DNA from: Bacteroidales bacterium
GTDB taxonomy: Bacteria > Bacteroidota > Bacteroidia > Bacteroidales > WCHB1-69
Length of the DNA stretch: 64,000 nt
Reading direction: 5' to 3'
Assembly: GCA_017540505.1 (NCBI GenBank)
Contig: JAFYAW010000018.1
Location: 21,286 to 85,285 of the forward strand
Shown here: positions 25,819-33,886 of the stretch, one piece after another
Layout of the letters: every line of letters starts with the position of its first letter
Position numbering within the stretch: the first letter of the stretch is position 1
Program-made: the position numbers and the translations under genes
Notes under the pieces: generated by a model
Databases searched by the model: none
Told to the model about the DNA's origin: nothing
The model's input: only the letters and a program-made list of their open reading frames with translations

Positions 25819-26001
25819 TTAAAAACCAATCAATTTCTTCAACTTGCAATACAATCCGTACTTTATTTCCTGCGAACCATGACGTTCAATTTTCAAAAGT
25901 TCATTCTTTTCTGCGTGGGCATATATGTCATGATTAGCACCATTTCGCAAAAGATACCATCCTTTAGATTCGGCTATCCGTCTGAGTTCGCTCCATTTCA
26001 T
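25819..26001 (-). CDS. hicA: HicA-family mRNA interferase toxin
   Basis: MKWSELRRIAESKGWYLLRNGANHDIY...ERHGSQEI fits the HicA/YcfA pattern. The internal start is supported by the -7 box at 26026-26033, which lies inside the longer ORF. Confidence 0.75.
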   Translation of the reverse strand: MKWSELRRIAESKGWYLLRNGANHDIYAHAEKNELLKIERHGSQEIKYGLYCKLKKLIGF

Positions 26002-26025
26002 ACTCCACTGCTTTTGACCATGCTG

Positions 26026-26033
26026 CAAACATA
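26026..26033 (-). promoter_or_regulatory. -7 box TATGTTTG (minus strand) for hicAB
   Basis: Reverse complement of CAAACATA, 25 nt upstream of the hicA ATG at 26001. Confidence 0.45.
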
Positions 26034-26187
26034 TAACTTTTTTGCAATATACCAATACTCTTTAAAAAAATTATTTCTCCCTATCCATCAATTATTTACA
26101 TACTTTCTATAAATATAATTGCTGAAACTGTGCTGCAATATCAAAAGTTTTTTCCAAGACTATTGTATTTATAGAGTTTGCCATTTA

Positions 26188-26530
26188 GTTTTAAAACAAT
26201 CGCATTTACACAATAAAAACTCGAAACGTGCAACCCCATACGGGGTTGTGGGTCCGGCTGGGAATGCCCTCGGCTACAGATAGGGAACCCCTAACGGGGT
26301 TCAGCGGAATTCGGAAACAAAACAAGATTCCGGCATCAACCGCCACGCCGCATACACCCGCATCGGACTGATATGCAATACCGCGCCAGAGGAGGCGGTG
26401 GTGAGGTAAAGTGAGGTGAGACGAGACGTGGTACAACATCCCCGTAGGGGATGCCTATCTGTAGCAAACGTATTCCACACGTGGTTTTCAAATCTCCGTA
26501 GGAGATTCATATTCAACGGTTCATGGACGG
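26188..26530 (+). repeat. Copy B of the ~340-bp palindrome-rich repeat element (most complete copy)
   Basis: Hairpins at 26231-26248, 26285-26302, 26437-26453 and 26492-26506. GCTACAGATAGG (26273-26284) is a perfect complement of CCTATCTGTAGC (26454-26465). Confidence 0.85.
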
Positions 26531-26609
26531 CCTATTCCCACATCAGGAAAACAAAAGACAGCTCGTTGAGAGAACAAGGGTGGAAAGAACCACAAACGAT
26601 AATTTTTCG

Positions 26610-26617
26610 TATTTTTG
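26610..26617 (+). promoter_or_regulatory. -7 box TATTTTTG for trpS
   Basis: TAnnTTTG 23 nt upstream of the ATG at 26640. Confidence 0.6.
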
Positions 26618-26639
26618 CACCCCTAAAAATTATCGTAAA

Positions 26640-27635
26640 ATGGATAAAGTAGCAAGCGGCATACGGCCCACCGGTTTCCTCCATCTCGGCAACTATTTCG
26701 GTGCCTTGAGGAATTTTATCAAAATGCAGAATGAGAACAACTGCTATTTCTTCATCGCGGATTACCATTCCCTGACCACCCATCCCAACCCGACGGACCT
26801 GCGCACCAACGTGCGCAACGTGCTGATCGACTATCTGGCGGCCGGTCTGGATCCGGAGAAGGCCACTATCTATGTGCAGAGCGATGTGCCCGAGGTGTGC
26901 GAGCTGAGCCTGCTGCTCTCCATGAATGTGTATGTGGGTGAGCTGCAGCGCGTGGCATCCTTCAAGGAGAAGGTGCGCCGCCAGCCCAACAACGTCAACG
27001 CCGGCCTGCTCAACTATCCCGTGCTGATGGCTGCCGACATCCTGCTGCACCGCGCCGACAAGGTGCCCGTGGGCAAGGACCAGGAACAGCATCTGGAGAT
27101 GACCCGCGACTTCGCCCAGCGCTTCAACCACATCTACAAACACGAGTATTTCAAACTGCCCGTGGCCTACAACTTCGGCAACGAGTTGGTGAAGATCCCT
27201 GGCCTGGACGGCTCCACTAAGATGTCCAAGTCCGACAATGAGGGCTCCTGCATATACCTCTCCGACGCGCCCGAGGTGGTGCGCAAGAAGATTATGCGTG
27301 CTGTCTCCGACAGCGGCCCGACGGAGCCCGGTCAGCCTAAATCGCAGGCGGTGGAGAACCTCTTCAGCCTGATGAAGGCCGTCTCCACGCCGGATACGGT
27401 GCAATACTTTGAAGACCAGTACCAGGCCTGCCAGATCCGTTACGGGGATATGAAGAAACAGTTGGCCGCGGATATGATTGCGTTCATACAGCCTATATAT
27501 GAGCGCATTATAGAACTGCGTTCCAAAGACGAATACATTAGCAAAGTGGCCCGCATGGGTGCGGAAAAGGCCCGCGAAAGCGCTTCCAAGACCGTGCGCG
27601 AGGTGCGCGAAATCATCGGATTCAAGGCTTTGTAA
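26640..27635 (+). CDS. trpS: Tryptophan--tRNA ligase
   Basis: Start at MDKVASGIRPTGFLHLGNYFGA (HIGH-type). KMSKS motif present (KMSKSD). 331 aa. Confidence 0.92.
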   Translation: MDKVASGIRPTGFLHLGNYFGALRNFIKMQNENNCYFFIADYHSLTTHPNPTDLRTNVRNVLIDYLAAGLDPEKATIYVQSDVPEVCELSLLLSMNVYVGELQRVASFKEKVRRQPNNVNAGLLNYPVLMAADILLHRADKVPVGKDQEQHLEMTRDFAQRFNHIYKHEYFKLPVAYNFGNELVKIPGLDGSTKMSKSDNEGSCIYLSDAPEVVRKKIMRAVSDSGPTEPGQPKSQAVENLFSLMKAVSTPDTVQYFEDQYQACQIRYGDMKKQLAADMIAFIQPIYERIIELRSKDEYISKVARMGAEKARESASKTVREVREIIGFKAL

Positions 27636-27647
27636 TCTCCCTGCATC

Positions 27648-29744
27648 ATGGCATTGCTGACCGAATACCCACTCTGGCTCATCATTTTCATCATCCTGCT
27701 CGGTGCAGGATACGCCTGCTTCCTCTATTTCCGGAACAATACCGTTGTTTTCGAGAAAGTCCCGAAAATCATTATGGCTTGCCTGCGTGGCGTGGCCATG
27801 TCGCTGCTCGCCTTCCTGCTGCTCGCCCCCATGCTCAAGATGGTTCGGAAGCAGGTGGACAAGCCCCTCATCCTCGTGGCCGTTGACAACAGCGAGTCCG
27901 TGGCGTCGGGCAAGGATTCCGCCTACTACCGGACGGAATACGCCAAGCAGGTGCAGAATATGATTTCCGAGCTGGGCGATTCTTACGAGGTGAAAACCTA
28001 TAAGATCGGGGATGAAGATGCGCTGATAGGAGATGACGAACAGCTTAATCTGGACTTCTCCGACAAATCCTCCAATCTGGCCTCCCTGTTCGATCAGGTG
28101 GACATGGTATATGCTAACCGCAATATTGGGGCGATGGTCCTGCTGACGGACGGTATCTTCAATACGGGTACCAATCCTTATTATAAAGCTGAAAAGGCTG
28201 ATTATCCGGTTTATACGGTGGGATTGGGTAATACGGAGCTGACGACGGACTTCTTCATCGCCGGTATCAACCACAACAAGCAGGCCTTGAAGGGGAACAT
28301 GTTCCCGGTGGAGATCAAGTTGGCCGCCAACCGCCTCTCCGGACGCGCCGCCGAGGTGACCGTCATGGAGGGTTCCGAGCAGATCTACAGCAAAAAGCTC
28401 ACCCTGAGCGGCAACCGCTATTTTGAGACCGTCAAGTTCAGCGTGGAGGCGAAAAGCACCGGCATCCATCATTACAAGGTGGATATCACCGAGTTGGACG
28501 GCGAGGTGACCCACAAGAACAACCACACGCAGTTCTTCGTGGAGGTGGTGGACTCCCGCGAGAAGGTGGCCATCGTCTATAACTCGCCACATCCCGACAT
28601 TGCGGCTATGAAGGAGGCTTTAGAGCTGACCGACAACTACGACGTGCAGGTCTCGTCCATCGCTGAGTTCTCTGGTAAGCCCAGCGACTATAGTTTAGTG
28701 ATCCTGCACCAGCTGCCCTCCACCACCAACTCGGCCGCCAACCTGTTGACCCAGATCCGCCAAAGCGGCACCTCCGCTCTCTACATTTTAGGTCCGCAAA
28801 CTAACCTCACCACCTTCAACGGGCTGAATGTGGGTATGAGTGTGGTGCAAAGCAAATCGCTGACCAACAATGCGATGCCATCGTATAATGACAATTTCAC
28901 CTCCTTTACATTCTCAGAGGATTCCCGCCAGATGCTCTCCAAGTTCCCGCCCATCAAGACTATTTTCGGCAATTACAAGACATCGGTTTCGGCCAATGTC
29001 TTCCTGTATCAGAAGATCAGCGGGGTGGACACCAAATACCCGTTGGTGGTCTTCAGCAGCCATAATGGAGCGCGGAGTGGGGTGGTGGCCGGCACCGGTT
29101 TCTGGAGTTGGAAGCTGTACAACTACATGCACGCCGGCAACCACGATGCCTTCAATGAGGTGATTGACAAAACGGTGCTCTATTTAGCCGCCAAAGGCGA
29201 CAAGAGCCAGTTCCGCGTGCAGCACGCCGCCATCTTCGCCGAGAATGCGCCGGTGGAATTTGCGGCAGAGCTCTACAATGACAGCTATGAGTTGATTAAC
29301 GAGCCGGACATCAAGATGGTTATCAAGGGCAGTGGCGACACCACTTACGAGGCGCAGTTCTCCAAGCAGAACAACGGCTATTACCTGAATGTGGGCGAGC
29401 TGCCCGTAGGCAATTACACCTGGACGGCCACCACGCAGGTGGGCAAGCGCAAAATGGAGAAGTCGGGACGTTTCTCCATCCAGGAGGTGATGCTCGAAAC
29501 CGCTAATCTTGTTGCCGACCACGACCTGCTGAAGAGCATCTCCACCGCCACCAACGGCCAATTCTTCCCGAAGGAGAACATCGACCGTATTGTCAAGGAA
29601 ATCAAGCAGAACGACCAGATAAAGCCTATAGCCACCTACCGTAAGCACTATTCCATGCTGCTCAACTCCTACTGGTATCTCATCGCCATCGTATTGCTGT
29701 TAGGCATCGAGTGGTTCCTGCGCAAGTGGAATGGAGGGTATTAG
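27648..29744 (+). CDS. Membrane protein with N-terminal double-TM segment and vWA-like domain (BatA-like N-terminus)
   Basis: Two N-terminal TM helices followed by LILVAVDNSESV (a vWA MIDAS-like DxSxS). C-terminal TM anchor. Confidence 0.55.
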   Translation: MALLTEYPLWLIIFIILLGAGYACFLYFRNNTVVFEKVPKIIMACLRGVAMSLLAFLLLAPMLKMVRKQVDKPLILVAVDNSESVASGKDSAYYRTEYAKQVQNMISELGDSYEVKTYKIGDEDALIGDDEQLNLDFSDKSSNLASLFDQVDMVYANRNIGAMVLLTDGIFNTGTNPYYKAEKADYPVYTVGLGNTELTTDFFIAGINHNKQALKGNMFPVEIKLAANRLSGRAAEVTVMEGSEQIYSKKLTLSGNRYFETVKFSVEAKSTGIHHYKVDITELDGEVTHKNNHTQFFVEVVDSREKVAIVYNSPHPDIAAMKEALELTDNYDVQVSSIAEFSGKPSDYSLVILHQLPSTTNSAANLLTQIRQSGTSALYILGPQTNLTTFNGLNVGMSVVQSKSLTNNAMPSYNDNFTSFTFSEDSRQMLSKFPPIKTIFGNYKTSVSANVFLYQKISGVDTKYPLVVFSSHNGARSGVVAGTGFWSWKLYNYMHAGNHDAFNEVIDKTVLYLAAKGDKSQFRVQHAAIFAENAPVEFAAELYNDSYELINEPDIKMVIKGSGDTTYEAQFSKQNNGYYLNVGELPVGNYTWTATTQVGKRKMEKSGRFSIQEVMLETANLVADHDLLKSISTATNGQFFPKENIDRIVKEIKQNDQIKPIATYRKHYSMLLNSYWYLIAIVLLLGIEWFLRKWNGGY

Positions 29745-29790
29745 CAGTTAGCAATTGATAACATTCTGAACACCATAAAATTATCATACA

Positions 29791-30381
29791 ATGAAAAAAT
29801 TCGACCTTTTATCCCTGCCATACGCGGCGAACGCCCTGGAACCTGTCATTTCCGAAAAAACCATCGGATTCCATCATGGGAAACATCTTCAAGGGTATGT
29901 CAACAATCTGAATGCAGCCATTGAGGGCACGCCCTTCGCGGACATGGAGCTGACGGAAATCGTCAAGAAAGCAACCGGCGGTATGCTGAACAACGCCGGT
30001 CAGATTCTGAACCACAATCTCTATTTCCTGCAATTCAATGCGCCGAAGGCCGACAACAAGCCCGTTGGCCAGCTGGCGGAGGCCATCCATAGCCAATTCG
30101 GCTCCTTCGAGGAGTTTCAGAAAGCCTTTGTGCAGGCTGGTGCCACCCTGTTTGGTTCCGGCTGGGTATGGCTGTCTGCCGATAATGAGGGGAAATTGGT
30201 GATCTCGCAGGAGGGAAACGCCGCCAATCCGGTGCAAAAGGACCTGACCCCGCTGCTCACCTTCGACGTGTGGGAGCATGCCTACTATTTGGATTATCAG
30301 AATCGCCGTCCCGACCACCTGAACGCCCTGTGGCAGATTGTGGACTGGAACGTCATTGAAAAACGCTACCTGAACCGATAG
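29791..30381 (+). CDS. sod: Fe/Mn superoxide dismutase
   Basis: LPYAANALEP...HHGKHLQGYVNNLN and the DVWEHAYYLDYQNRR signature. Confidence 0.93.
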   Translation: MKKFDLLSLPYAANALEPVISEKTIGFHHGKHLQGYVNNLNAAIEGTPFADMELTEIVKKATGGMLNNAGQILNHNLYFLQFNAPKADNKPVGQLAEAIHSQFGSFEEFQKAFVQAGATLFGSGWVWLSADNEGKLVISQEGNAANPVQKDLTPLLTFDVWEHAYYLDYQNRRPDHLNALWQIVDWNVIEKRYLNR

Positions 30382-30398
30382 AATTGGCGCAAACGGCG

Positions 30399-31709
30399 TC
30401 AATTATGGACGTTTTCTGATGTAATTCTTTCTTCTTGACCTGTCTGCGGTTTCTTTTTCACCGAGAGAAGCCATAATAGGACATTGATGATGGCGAAGAA
30501 CTGCACCCCGGCCCGTATCTCGAACATTGATTCCACCAACAAATTGAAAATCAGAATTATTGCGAAAGAGAGATACAACATATCCTTTTTCCGGATGGAG
30601 AAATACAACGGGTAAAAACAGTAGGTGAGCAATATAATCAGTCCGGGAATGCCGACAGTGAGCAGTGTTTGCAGATATTGGTTGTGCGCGTTGAAATGAT
30701 GCCCGATGAGGTTGGTGTAGTTTTTGTGGATGGCGTTCAGGCAAAGCTCGTCCGTGGCATCGCCGGTACCCACCCCCCAGGGCAGGTTCTTGCGGATAAT
30801 CTCCAGCGTGGACTTCCATACCGTGAGGCGTATCTCGCTGCTGCCATGGCCATAGGGTTTCTCCTTATGGTGCTGAACCTGCGTGATAGTTTCCTGCAAG
30901 CGGTTGACCGGCAGCACATCCGTGCGGAAGACCAAGAGCCCTAATCCGACAGTAAGTGCCAGAAACAGAGCTCCCCAAGCTAACTTATAGCGCACATGGC
31001 AAATGAAATACACGAACCACATGACGGTCAGTATGGCAAACACGATTAACCCTGCTTTGGATTGCAACAACACAATCAAGGCAAGCAGAATGATAAGCGA
31101 CAAGATGATGGCGATCACACTGGGCAGCGAGATAATCTTTTTATAATGATGTATAAAATACAACAATAGGAAAAACGTGAATGTGGAATACATGGCCACA
31201 TAGGAAGGATGCCGCAGGAATGAGAGTTTCATATAGTAAAATGCACCAGTGTCGCCCGTCTTCAGCAGGCGATAGGTGGCGGTGCCCAACAGGATACACG
31301 CATGCAAAATCGTGGAGAAGGCAAAGTATTTGAGGATAATCCGGATACGCCGGTTGGTGAACAATTCCGGATCGTAGGTTAGACAGCAGACCGGTGCCAC
31401 TAAAAACCAGAGATAGCAGTCGAAGCAGCTCATGGCGCGACCTTTATTAAAGGACAATATCAAGCCTATAAAGGGAATCAGGTAGAGAGACAGGAAGATG
31501 AAGAACGACGGGATGGCCTTATGCTGCCGTATGTTCTGCCATTTCTGCCGCCAGTTCCATTCCACCACGACATTCAGGAGCATGAGGATGGCGATGGGCA
31601 GCATGAGGAAGGTGGTCATCGGCAAGGTGACCGCCGCCAGCAGGAGCAGCGCGTAAAAGACATTGAAATGTCCGTTTTTCGTGAAAATATCCTGTAGAAT
31701 TTTCATCAT
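30399..31709 (-). CDS. O-antigen ligase (Wzy_C) family membrane protein
   Basis: About 10 TM helices with a periplasmic loop carrying HNQYLQTLLTVGIPG. Confidence 0.65.
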   Translation of the reverse strand: MMKILQDIFTKNGHFNVFYALLLLAAVTLPMTTFLMLPIAILMLLNVVVEWNWRQKWQNIRQHKAIPSFFIFLSLYLIPFIGLILSFNKGRAMSCFDCYLWFLVAPVCCLTYDPELFTNRRIRIILKYFAFSTILHACILLGTATYRLLKTGDTGAFYYMKLSFLRHPSYVAMYSTFTFFLLLYFIHHYKKIISLPSVIAIILSLIILLALIVLLQSKAGLIVFAILTVMWFVYFICHVRYKLAWGALFLALTVGLGLLVFRTDVLPVNRLQETITQVQHHKEKPYGHGSSEIRLTVWKSTLEIIRKNLPWGVGTGDATDELCLNAIHKNYTNLIGHHFNAHNQYLQTLLTVGIPGLIILLTYCFYPLYFSIRKKDMLYLSFAIILIFNLLVESMFEIRAGVQFFAIINVLLWLLSVKKKPQTGQEERITSENVHN

Positions 31710-32383
31710 TTGTTCAAAAGATCAGGTCTTCGGGCTTGGGTTCGTTGCATTTGCTGTTCCATCTTCCATTCGGCGATGAGCTTGTCGTTGCCGGAGAGCA
31801 GCACGTCGGGCACACGGTGGCCGCGGAAGTCAGCCGGACGGGTATAGACCGGTGCCGACAGCAGGTCGTCCTGGAAGGAGTCGGAGAGGGCTGAGGTGCC
31901 GTCGTTGATGACTCCCGGGATGATGCGGGCCAGCGCGTCGGTAATGGCCATGGCCGCAATCTCGCCCCCGGAAAGCACGTAGTCGCCGATGCTGATATCT
32001 TCGGTGACGAACAGTTCGCGCACGCGCTCGTCCACACCCTTGTAATGCCCGCACAGGAGCATGATGTTATCCAGCATCGACATCTGGTTGGCCTTGTGCT
32101 GATTGAAGGGCGTGCCATCGGGAGCCATCAGGTATATGGCGTCATATGTGCGCTGGCTCTGAAGCTCTTCGATACAGCGGGCGATGGGCTCAATCATCAT
32201 GACCATACCGGCACCCCCGCCAAACGGATAGTCGTCGGCCTTGTGGTGCTTGTCGGTGGTCCAGTCGCGGATGTTGTGCGTGTGCAGCTCCAGCAACTGC
32301 TTGTCCACGGCGCGTTTCAGAATCGAATTGCCGAAAACGCCGGTGAACATGTCGGGGAAAAGGGTGAGTATATCTATGCGCAT
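31706..32383 (-). CDS. trmD: tRNA (guanine37-N1)-methyltransferase
   Basis: MRIDILTLFPDMF... and a YVLSGGE motif; 225 aa. Confidence 0.92.
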   Translation of the reverse strand: MRIDILTLFPDMFTGVFGNSILKRAVDKQLLELHTHNIRDWTTDKHHKADDYPFGGGAGMVMMIEPIARCIEELQSQRTYDAIYLMAPDGTPFNQHKANQMSMLDNIMLLCGHYKGVDERVRELFVTEDISIGDYVLSGGEIAAMAITDALARIIPGVINDGTSALSDSFQDDLLSAPVYTRPADFRGHRVPDVLLSGNDKLIAEWKMEQQMQRTQARRPDLLNK

Positions 32384-32385
32384 GG

Positions 32386-33036
32386 TTATTGTTTTTCTAT
32401 CATCATAATTCCGTCACGGAAAGGCAGCAGCATATTCCGCACGCGGTCGTCCTGCTGCACATAATTGTTAAATTCCATAATGGCTTGCGTGTCGCGGTCG
32501 TGACGCAACACTTCTTGGGTCACCTTGCCATTCCATAACACATTATCAACCAATATGAAACCGCCCTGTCGGATGCGCGGAAGCACTTTGTCATAATAAG
32601 AACGGTAGTCCTCCTTCTCCGCATCGATGAAGACCAGATCCCATACAGGCTCCAACGTGGGCACCACCTCTTTGGCGTCCCCGATGTGCAGCACGATACG
32701 ATCGCCCACCGGCGATTGGGCCAAATACTCCCGGATGCGATCCTCGTATTCGGGATTCGATTCGATGGTGTGCAGCTCGCCGCCGTCGGCAAGACCGGAA
32801 GCCAAGCAGATGGCCGAATAGCCCATGAATGTGCCAATTTCCAAAATGAATTTCGGACGCATCATCTTGGATAGGAATGTGAGGAACTGCCCCTGCAAAT
32901 GCCCGGAGCACATCCGCGGGTTGATGGTCTGCAGGTATGTCTGACGGTTCAGACGGTACAACAGGGCATCCTCCGGGGTGGTGTGTGCCTCGCAGTATTC
33001 CTCAATGTCTTGGGCTATCAGGTCGAAGGTGGACAT
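32386..33036 (-). CDS. Class I SAM-dependent O-methyltransferase (family 3, YrrM/TrmR-like)
   Basis: ILEIGTFMGYSAICLA SAM motif and DLVFIDAEKEDY motif. Confidence 0.8.
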   Translation of the reverse strand: MSTFDLIAQDIEEYCEAHTTPEDALLYRLNRQTYLQTINPRMCSGHLQGQFLTFLSKMMRPKFILEIGTFMGYSAICLASGLADGGELHTIESNPEYEDRIREYLAQSPVGDRIVLHIGDAKEVVPTLEPVWDLVFIDAEKEDYRSYYDKVLPRIRQGGFILVDNVLWNGKVTQEVLRHDRDTQAIMEFNNYVQQDDRVRNMLLPFRDGIMMIEKQ

Positions 33037-33037
33037 G

Positions 33038-33232
33038 CTACGACAGTTCGGCTATGGTTTTATTCACCTCCTCCTCGGTTTTGGTGAGCTTGTCACGGCA
33101 AATCTTGATCAGCTTGGAGGCCTTCTTGATATTCTCGGAAAGGTCGTCCACGCTGATGTCCGCATTTTCCATCTGGGTGACGATGGTCTGCAGCTGCTCA
33201 AAGGCTTCAGTATAGGTAAGTTCTTCTTTCAT
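33038..33232 (-). CDS. xseB: Exodeoxyribonuclease VII small subunit
   Basis: 64 aa; TYTEAFEQLQTIVTQMEN...L is the typical XseB helical hairpin. Confidence 0.85.
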   Translation of the reverse strand: MKEELTYTEAFEQLQTIVTQMENADISVDDLSENIKKASKLIKICRDKLTKTEEEVNKTIAELS

Positions 33233-33238
33233 GGGACT

Positions 33239-33886
33239 TTAATATAAAAGACCGACGCGTACACCGGCAAAATGATACAGTTGGTTTTTCTTGATGTCGT
33301 CCGTTAGAATGGAGGCATAATCCATGTTGGCCGGATTGGAGGTGTAACGAATGGAGGTTACCTGAAGCTTGTACAATGCGGTGAACATGATGGATAACCG
33401 GTTTTTGAAGCGAATGCGCAGACCGATAGCCGCCTCGCCCATCGGACCCGGATCGGAGCCGTGGATGACATGCGTCACCGCTTCCGGCGTGGACTGCATA
33501 TACCATTTGAAACCGTAACCGAGATTGAGGGTGAAGACCGGTGCCACACGCTTGTCAAGCATGATGACATTCATACCCAAATACAACGGGATGAAGGCCG
33601 TACGCTTCCAAATGTCAATGCCGGCCCCAATACCCAATTGGAAATTGTTATTGAATTGGTACCCAATAAATTGGTGTATCATCACATTGGTGTTCTTATT
33701 GATAACCACCATCCAGTCCTCCACCGTGCGGGTGTAGTCGGGCAGCTTTAATGAGCCGGCTCCGCTGGCAAAGCCTATGGAACTCATGAATACGAACCTC
33801 TTCTCCTGACGGTCGCTTCGGTGCTGGGCGTTAATTGTTGGCAGAATAATACCCAATAAGCAAATAATCAATATGATACGTTTCAT
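33239..33886 (-). CDS. Small outer-membrane beta-barrel-like protein
   Basis: Signal peptide; alternating strands; C-terminal ...GVRVGLLY. Confidence 0.55.
   Translation of the reverse strand: MKRIILIICLLGIILPTINAQHRSDRQEKRFVFMSSIGFASGAGSLKLPDYTRTVEDWMVVINKNTNVMIHQFIGYQFNNNFQLGIGAGIDIWKRTAFIPLYLGMNVIMLDKRVAPVFTLNLGYGFKWYMQSTPEAVTHVIHGSDPGPMGEAAIGLRIRFKNRLSIMFTALYKLQVTSIRYTSNPANMDYASILTDDIKKNQLYHFAGVRVGLLY

Noticed and set aside
26261-26476. Invertible promoter (inverton) flanked by the inverted arms
   Set aside because: No TAnnTTTG-type promoter is present between the inverted repeats in either orientation, and no recombinase gene is nearby. The arms are long and hairpin-containing, unlike typical short inverton inverted repeats.
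26530-26640. T-box, riboswitch or attenuator leader upstream of trpS
   Set aside because: The only good -7 box lies 23 nt from the ATG, which leaves no room for a structured leader. The structured element lies upstream of the promoter.
26532-28592. 686-aa minus-strand ORF
   Set aside because: It is antisense to two genes with clear identities (trpS with HIGH/KMSKS motifs, and the downstream vWA-like membrane protein) and runs through their intergenic gap. Its translation is H/G/V/L/D/E-rich with no motifs. This is the typical stop-poor shadow frame of GC3-rich coding DNA.
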